Shown: positions 58,661 to 64,000 of the stretch, piece after piece
Layout of the letters: every line of letters starts with the position of its first letter
Numbering within the stretch: the stretch's first letter is position 1
Position numbers and translations under genes: made by a program
Source of the DNA: an uncultured Flavobacteriales bacterium
Lineage (GTDB): Bacteria > Bacteroidota > Bacteroidia > Flavobacteriales_D > Sanyastnellaceae
Length of the DNA: 64,000 bases
Direction of reading: 5' to 3'
NCBI GenBank assembly: GCA_963932755.1
Contig: CAWVRV010000002.1
Location: forward strand, 567-64,566
The notes under the pieces: model-generated
What the model saw: only the letters and a program-made list of their open reading frames with translations
Told to the model about the DNA's origin: nothing
Database searches by the model: none

Positions 58661-59860
58661 TTAAGTCGTTGCTGCGGCATAAGCCATAAGTCCAGCGCCA
58701 AGTTTTAATGCGTCTTCATCGACATCGAAATGAGGTGTGTGAAGTCCACGATGTCCCAAATCAGAAATGGGGCTTGACGTTCCAATTCTATAAAAACAAC
58801 CAGGGATTTCTCTCGCGTAAAAGCTGAAATCCTCCGCCGTCATACGCACAGGAAGATCGTGTACTTTTTCCTTCCCCAAGAATGCAATGGCACTTGATTT
58901 CATCCTTGCAGTTAAATCTGGGTCGTTGTAAACACTGGGGTATCCAACAGGTATTCTTAGGTCAGCTGTAGCGCCTCTTTTGTGGCAGATCTCTTCCACA
59001 ATGGATTTCATTTTCTTGTGAACTTCGTATCTCCAAGTTTCGTTAAGTGATCTGAATGTTCCTTTAAGATGTACTTCGTTGGGAATGACATTTGTCGCAC
59101 CCAATCCTTCAATAAATCCAAATGCAAGCACAGTCTTGATGCTGGGGTCTGGCCGTTCATTAATGAGCTTCTCCAGTGCCAGAATTATTTCTGATGCCAC
59201 AATGAGTGGATTTGACTGATTCTCGGGGAGAGCTGCATGGCCTCCCTTTCCGACAATGGTAAGGTGAATTTCATCTGCAGACGCCATATACGTTCCTGGA
59301 CGCATCCCTACATGTCCGGCAGGGAGTTCAGGGAATACATGAGACCCAAGGATGTGAGATGGAACGGGGTTTTTAAGGACTCCTTCTGCCACCATGAGAG
59401 AGGCTCCGCCGGGAAGCCGTTCTTCTCCAGGTTGGAAAATCAATCGCACCGTTCCCTTCCATTGATCTTTGTTTTTGGAGAGTATGTGAGCAGCACCTAG
59501 AAGAGAGGTTGTATGAACGTCGTGTCCGCATGCATGCATCACTCCAGGGTTGCAAGAAGCATATGGAACGTCGTTTAGTTCTTGAATAGGTAACGCATCT
59601 AGGTCTGCACGCAGCGCCATAAACCGTGATGTGGGGTCATTGCTTTCAATTGTGGCAACTATTCCAGTATCTGCGACACCCGATTTGTGGGTGACCCCCA
59701 TTTTATCTAATTCTCCAGACACATATTTCATCGTTTCATACTCTTCATATGAAAGTTCAGGATGAGAATGAAGATGCCTTCTCCAAATAGAAAGTTGAGG
59801 AGCCAGGTTTTCAGCAGCGGATTTAAAAAGATCAGCCAGACGTGTGTTTTTAAGTTCCAT
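58661..59860 (-). CDS. M20-family amidohydrolase (N-acyl-L-amino-acid amidohydrolase-like)
   Basis: HPELSYEE, MHACGHDVH and FQPGEE metal-binding contexts. ATG at 59860 is preferred over the GTG at 59878. Confidence 0.85.
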   Translation of the reverse strand: MELKNTRLADLFKSAAENLAPQLSIWRRHLHSHPELSYEEYETMKYVSGELDKMGVTHKSGVADTGIVATIESNDPTSRFMALRADLDALPIQELNDVPYASCNPGVMHACGHDVHTTSLLGAAHILSKNKDQWKGTVRLIFQPGEERLPGGASLMVAEGVLKNPVPSHILGSHVFPELPAGHVGMRPGTYMASADEIHLTIVGKGGHAALPENQSNPLIVASEIILALEKLINERPDPSIKTVLAFGFIEGLGATNVIPNEVHLKGTFRSLNETWRYEVHKKMKSIVEEICHKRGATADLRIPVGYPSVYNDPDLTARMKSSAIAFLGKEKVHDLPVRMTAEDFSFYAREIPGCFYRIGTSSPISDLGHRGLHTPHFDVDEDALKLGAGLMAYAAATT

Positions 59861-60248
59861 TTCCTGGGAAAATATCACGAAAAGCCTTCACAGCCATGCC
59901 TATCGCTGCGTAAAAAAGAATTGCGGAAAAAACCAATCGGACCATAGATGTAGGAAGCTTTAACGACCACTTACTGCCGAGCCATGCACCCAAAATAAAT
60001 GTCACAGCAATGATCGCTGAATACGTCCATTCGACGTGTTCCTCACTGTGATATTGCATTGCCGCAAGTATTCCGATAGGGGGTAGCATGAGGGCAAGTG
60101 AGGTGCCTTGCGCAGTGTGTTGGTCTAAATCCAAGAAATAGATCAAGGCAGGCACAATAATTAATCCGCCGCCTATCCCGACAAATCCGCTGGCAATCCC
60201 AGCTAAAACTCCGATTGCAAGTAGAATAAATAAAGTAGAGAGTTCCAT
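59850..60248 (-). CDS. Half-size TauE/SafE (TSUP) family membrane protein
   Basis: 132 aa with 4 predicted TM helices and GFVGIGGGLIIVPALIYFL typical of TSUP/DUF81. It is only about half the length of standard family members. Confidence 0.6.
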   Translation of the reverse strand: MELSTLFILLAIGVLAGIASGFVGIGGGLIIVPALIYFLDLDQHTAQGTSLALMLPPIGILAAMQYHSEEHVEWTYSAIIAVTFILGAWLGSKWSLKLPTSMVRLVFSAILFYAAIGMAVKAFRDIFPGNGT

Positions 60249-60274
60249 GGATTGCTAATTTATTAAATACTCAA

Positions 60275-63200
60275 TTAGAAATCAAAGTTTAAACTCAAAG
60301 TGAATCGTTTGGGCATCATCATGCCATTGTCAACTCCCCATCCCCAATCGGTACTGACCCAGTATCCCAGTAGACGTGACCTTACACCAAACCCGAAGTC
60401 ATACACGATCGGTTCCCTATTGTTATCTATCGTTACCGTAATCGGGTTGTTTTCAAAGGTGGTCGTATTAAATGTGTTTTCATCGGAATATGGATGCGGT
60501 CCGACCCATGCAGAACCGATGTCCGAGAAAAAAATCACTTGAAGATGTCTCAGCAAGTCCGATTTTGCGGGTTCAGAAAAAACAGTGCTCCAAATAGGGA
60601 TGCGTATTTCTGCATTGATGATCGCAGCGTTCGTTCCGTTTCGTGCGTTGCTTGCAAATCCTCTGAGAGGCGTAATGTTCGTTTGGTATGTATACGCTTG
60701 GTTTTGATCAATTGGGGATGCGTAATTGTTGTTGGCGGTCAGGAGGCTATTGTCTGTCCCACCTAGGAGGTGAAGTAATTTCTTTTCTCCGATCGACCAA
60801 TTGCCTGCTGCCCTGATTGCAAGGATTGCGTTTGCATATATTTTGAAATATCTCCGCACATCAAATCCGACGGTTCCGAAGCTGCTGTCGAATCCATCTA
60901 GGTAGTATTCAGCCCACACTTTTGCTCTTAATCCTTCTCGAATATTAAGCGTAGGTATTCGGGTGTCATCGTGAACCCATGCAACAGATAGACCTACTTG
61001 TTCTGTCCATCGATTTGGGGTTGTTAAACTGAACATTTCAGTTCCTTGCGTCACAGCTCTGTCTAGGCGAAGTCCGATTCCAGCCCTCAAGCTTCTCACC
61101 TCATCTAATGGATATGAAAAACGATATCTGGCGAAATGTGATTGACTTTCCACAAGATTAAAACTGTTTGGTTCCAATGAAGTTGTGCCTTGTCGTTGAA
61201 TGGAGAATATTTTATCGACTCTGCCCTCTAAGTTGTAGTAGGCGACGCCTAACATGCTGTTGTTTAAATTTGTAGAGATGTTGTAACCACCGATAATATG
61301 CTTGTCTTCAAACAAATCACAAATTCGGATTTCTGTGGCGTTCCCTAATCCAGGAAGGAAAGAGACGGAGCCGTCGTATGTTCTGTAGAACTGAGAGCGA
61401 AAGGCATTGCTCACTTGGCTTTGCAGTTTCTGCAAGGCGTAATTTAATCTGTAGTTTTTTGGTTTAAGCGTTGTGGTTGATGTCACAATCGTCTTCGCAG
61501 GCTCTTGATCAAGAATTTCTTTTTTCGTTTTTGCGATACGTTTTTCGAATTCAAATTGATAATCTCTGATGTCTGCTTCGGTATCTTCATACGTGATTGA
61601 CCAATCAGGAGAGACGAAATCTTGCACCCCATTTCCGTCTTCTTTACTTCTTATAGATTGGAATTTTTGTGCGGATCTTTCCTCAGTTATGGGCATCTTT
61701 CCGAGTTTGGTTCTATAGGAGTGTTGAAGTATTTCAGTCAAACCATAACAAATCCCATTTGCAGTATCGCAGTGCATGCTTAAAATGGGAACGTCCAGCT
61801 CATTGAGGACCCGGGTGTCGAAAAAATACCTGTACTTGATGATGGTGTCTATGCTCAGAATGGTGCTGTCGGCCCATCCCCAGTTGTATTCTTGACGTCC
61901 CCCGCGGTACTCAGACAAGTAGATGAATTCGTCATTTGGAAGCGGTATTGGAAATCGTTCATCTACGTTGGGTGTGCTGACAAGTCGTTCTAATCGAGGT
62001 TCATCGTCCCCTAAATGGCATAGGAATAAATCCAAAGGAGCAGCAAATGGAATGTTCTCCCTGTCATCACGAAGGGTTTCATCCATTCTGTTTGAAGAAA
62101 AAATAATTGATTTCCCGTCCGAAGTATATCTTGGATTTAAATCATCAAACCGGTCTCTCCAAAGTGGTTCTTGGAGATTCCCAATAATTCGGTAGATGTA
62201 GAGATCAGACCTTCCGTTTGTCATGCCAGAAAAAACAATGCTTCTTCCGTCGGGAGCGTAGTCCATAGAAAGTACTTCGTCTATTTTGAATAGTTCTTTT
62301 TCAATGGCCTTTTTATCGTCCAATCGGATGGTCACAAGGACGGGTTGGCCCTTTTGAATGATGCAATAGGTAAACTGAGTCCCGTCGGGATGCCAAGCAA
62401 TTAAGGGCAACAAGTCACTTTTTAACAAATCTAGTTTGTGTCCGTGTTTGGCTCTTCTAACAACATTGCTCCCTGCCTCTACTTCGCAAGTCCAAACTTT
62501 CCATTGTCCTCTCTCGTCAGTAATGAATGCAACATTCTTCCCGTCAGGAGATTGACTGATGGAGAGATAGTCATATCGCTTCTTGAGGTTGAAAGGAATC
62601 TCACCTCCGTCTTTTAACGCAGCGCGGAAATTTTTTCGTCCCGCGTTTGTGGGAAGATCTTTGTCGTAGTTAATGGGGGTTTGGCGTTTCTGATAATCGA
62701 TCGCTTCAGACATGAGCTGAGGCAAACTCAGACCAGTCGCAAACCGGAATCCCCCCTCAACGCTACGACTTATTCGTATCATATATAAAACATTTGCAAT
62801 CGCAGGAACGCCATAGACATTGGCGATGTAATCCCAAACCGCACTTCCGAGTTCTCCTGCTTCCTCGCCTTCGCTGCGGTCAATGTTCGCGAGCGCACCA
62901 GACCTGGCGGCATCAAATGCATACATGTTTGCTCGAGCCGATTTTTTCCAAGAGAGATGACTTACCAGCCCCTCTTCAAACCACTCAGGAATTTGCAACA
63001 TACTCGAGTTTTTCAAGGCATCTTTCCAGCTGCCACTATAAATCGTTTGTTGAAGCGCGATTTTTGCCAGCCCACCCTTCAGATCTCTTTCTAAACCAGC
63101 GCGGTCGCCTCGTCCATATAAAAAGAGTTTATTTCCGACAATTTTTGCAGTTCCGCCAATGTTTACAGCCTCTTCTTCAAAGGACAATACACCCAGATTA

Positions 63201-63523
63201 CTCTGTCTGAATTCAGCAATGTTGTTGTAGACGAGTATTTGAATCGGCCCTTCTAATTTGTTGCCGAAATAGGGGGTCAATTCCTTTGCGGTTTCTTCTA
63301 CGATTCCAGCAATTGCTCCAGCGAGTTCTTGACCACCTTGATAAAAGTAAATTTCAAAGTGCCCCACAGTATGATATTGCCAAATAAAATCCCTGTACTG
63401 GATTCTATTTTTCCCAAACTCCACTTGTAGCCCATCATAAAACTGAGCGGTAACTGTTTGGTTACAAAGCATTAACCCTCCAAATAAGAGAATCATCAAT
63501 TTAGATGTGAGTTTTGTACTCAT
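60275..63523 (-). CDS. Large outer-membrane protein: peptidase-MA-like N-domain + PD40/TolB-like beta-propeller + Omp85-like C-terminal beta-barrel (putative)
   Basis: Signal peptide (..NQTVTAQ) and the WFEEGLVSHLS motif. PD40-like repeats: SPDGKNVAF, WHPDGTQF, APDGRSIVFSG..SDLYIY and TSDGKSIIFSSNR. C-terminal barrel-like region with GFGVRSRLLGYWVSTDWGWG, ending in ..LSLNFDF. Confidence 0.55.
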   Translation of the reverse strand: MSTKLTSKLMILLFGGLMLCNQTVTAQFYDGLQVEFGKNRIQYRDFIWQYHTVGHFEIYFYQGGQELAGAIAGIVEETAKELTPYFGNKLEGPIQILVYNNIAEFRQSNLGVLSFEEEAVNIGGTAKIVGNKLFLYGRGDRAGLERDLKGGLAKIALQQTIYSGSWKDALKNSSMLQIPEWFEEGLVSHLSWKKSARANMYAFDAARSGALANIDRSEGEEAGELGSAVWDYIANVYGVPAIANVLYMIRISRSVEGGFRFATGLSLPQLMSEAIDYQKRQTPINYDKDLPTNAGRKNFRAALKDGGEIPFNLKKRYDYLSISQSPDGKNVAFITDERGQWKVWTCEVEAGSNVVRRAKHGHKLDLLKSDLLPLIAWHPDGTQFTYCIIQKGQPVLVTIRLDDKKAIEKELFKIDEVLSMDYAPDGRSIVFSGMTNGRSDLYIYRIIGNLQEPLWRDRFDDLNPRYTSDGKSIIFSSNRMDETLRDDRENIPFAAPLDLFLCHLGDDEPRLERLVSTPNVDERFPIPLPNDEFIYLSEYRGGRQEYNWGWADSTILSIDTIIKYRYFFDTRVLNELDVPILSMHCDTANGICYGLTEILQHSYRTKLGKMPITEERSAQKFQSIRSKEDGNGVQDFVSPDWSITYEDTEADIRDYQFEFEKRIAKTKKEILDQEPAKTIVTSTTTLKPKNYRLNYALQKLQSQVSNAFRSQFYRTYDGSVSFLPGLGNATEIRICDLFEDKHIIGGYNISTNLNNSMLGVAYYNLEGRVDKIFSIQRQGTTSLEPNSFNLVESQSHFARYRFSYPLDEVRSLRAGIGLRLDRAVTQGTEMFSLTTPNRWTEQVGLSVAWVHDDTRIPTLNIREGLRAKVWAEYYLDGFDSSFGTVGFDVRRYFKIYANAILAIRAAGNWSIGEKKLLHLLGGTDNSLLTANNNYASPIDQNQAYTYQTNITPLRGFASNARNGTNAAIINAEIRIPIWSTVFSEPAKSDLLRHLQVIFFSDIGSAWVGPHPYSDENTFNTTTFENNPITVTIDNNREPIVYDFGFGVRSRLLGYWVSTDWGWGVDNGMMMPKRFTLSLNFDF

Positions 63524-63568
63524 GCTAACCGAAATTACGCCCTAAATAGATCATTCCCTTCATATTTC

Positions 63569-64000
63569 ATGAACCATATTCACTCCTTCAGATTCAATGC
63601 TTTTAGTGAGCAAACTTATTTGCTAGATCACGGCAATGGCCAAGCAACGGTCTTCGATCCCGGCATGAGTTCGCACGAAGAGAGATTTCACTTCGAGGAG
63701 ACTTGTAAAAAACTTGGAGTCGTCGTCACCCAATGCCTACTTACGCATGCGCATTTGGACCATGTCATGGGTACAGCTTGGGTGTCAGATAAATTTGGCT
63801 GTGGTCCCAGGTTACACCCGACTGATGAAACGACGTGGACTCAGGCACCTATTTCCGCCAAGCTTTATGGGGTAGATATGGATGAGCTGCCCACACGGGG
63901 TATGGACTTGGGTGGCCAAGGTTCTGAGATTGCGTGTGGAGATATAAAACTCGAGATTCGATTGGCCCCTGGACATAGCAAAGGACATGTGGTTTTTGTT
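63569..64000 (+). CDS. MBL-fold metallo-hydrolase, N-terminal fragment (3' end outside window)
   Basis: The frame is open from the ATG at 63569 to the window end: MNHIHSFRFNAFSEQTYLL..THAHLDHVMG (HxHxDH zinc motif). It is absent from the ORF track because no stop lies within the window. Confidence 0.75.
   Translation, partial: MNHIHSFRFNAFSEQTYLLDHGNGQATVFDPGMSSHEERFHFEETCKKLGVVVTQCLLTHAHLDHVMGTAWVSDKFGCGPRLHPTDETTWTQAPISAKLYGVDMDELPTRGMDLGGQGSEIACGDIKLEIRLAPGHSKGHVVFV

Noticed and set aside
1-64000. Search for rRNA, tRNA, CRISPR arrays, IS elements, integrases, phage genes, toxin-antitoxin or restriction/defence genes.
   Set aside because: The largest non-coding gaps are 175-180 bp and are accounted for by promoters and a terminator. 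I saw no direct-repeat arrays, no terminal inverted repeats, and no transposase, integrase or nuclease-like ORFs. The window looks like core chromosome.

Overview
This is a compact chromosomal segment, roughly 97% coding by my calls, dominated by housekeeping genes. It comes from a Bacteroidota genome, most likely a flavobacterium-like lineage. The evidence for that placement is a T9SS type-B C-terminal sorting domain, a DUF5686/CarboxypepD_reg protein, DUF3109, purH-mreBCD-mrdA-rodA synteny, recurrent TAnnTTTG -7 promoter boxes and almost no Shine-Dalgarno sequences. I call 59 protein-coding genes, two of them cut by the window edges. They include sucAB, the cell-shape operon, purH, fabH-accBC, rpmF, pdxA, ribE, panD, ispD, lptB, tatC, kpsF, recQ, hflX, rbfA, gdhA, kmo, sod, an aspartate kinase, a PduO-type adenosyltransferase and several envelope proteins. 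I found no rRNA, tRNA, CRISPR array, IS/transposase, integrase, phage gene or recognisable defence gene, and no accessory island. I therefore do not see a convincing self-contained novel system. The observations most worth follow-up are these. (1) Bacteroidetes -7 boxes sit 4-6 nt from start codons at many operon heads, which predicts leaderless mRNAs; two mirror-image 48-49 bp divergent promoter regions show the same geometry. (2) An in-frame RmlD::phosphohexomutase fusion. (3) A divergent radical-SAM/SPASM and DUF3109 pair flanked by outer-membrane proteins. (4) A tightly coupled panD / LPG-synthase-TM-like / RfaE-II-like operon. (5) An orphan kmo coupled to a beta-barrel-like protein with a polybasic tail. 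(6) A 1082-aa peptidase-MA-like + PD40 propeller + Omp85-like barrel protein. All functional calls rest on motif recognition by eye. No database search was run.
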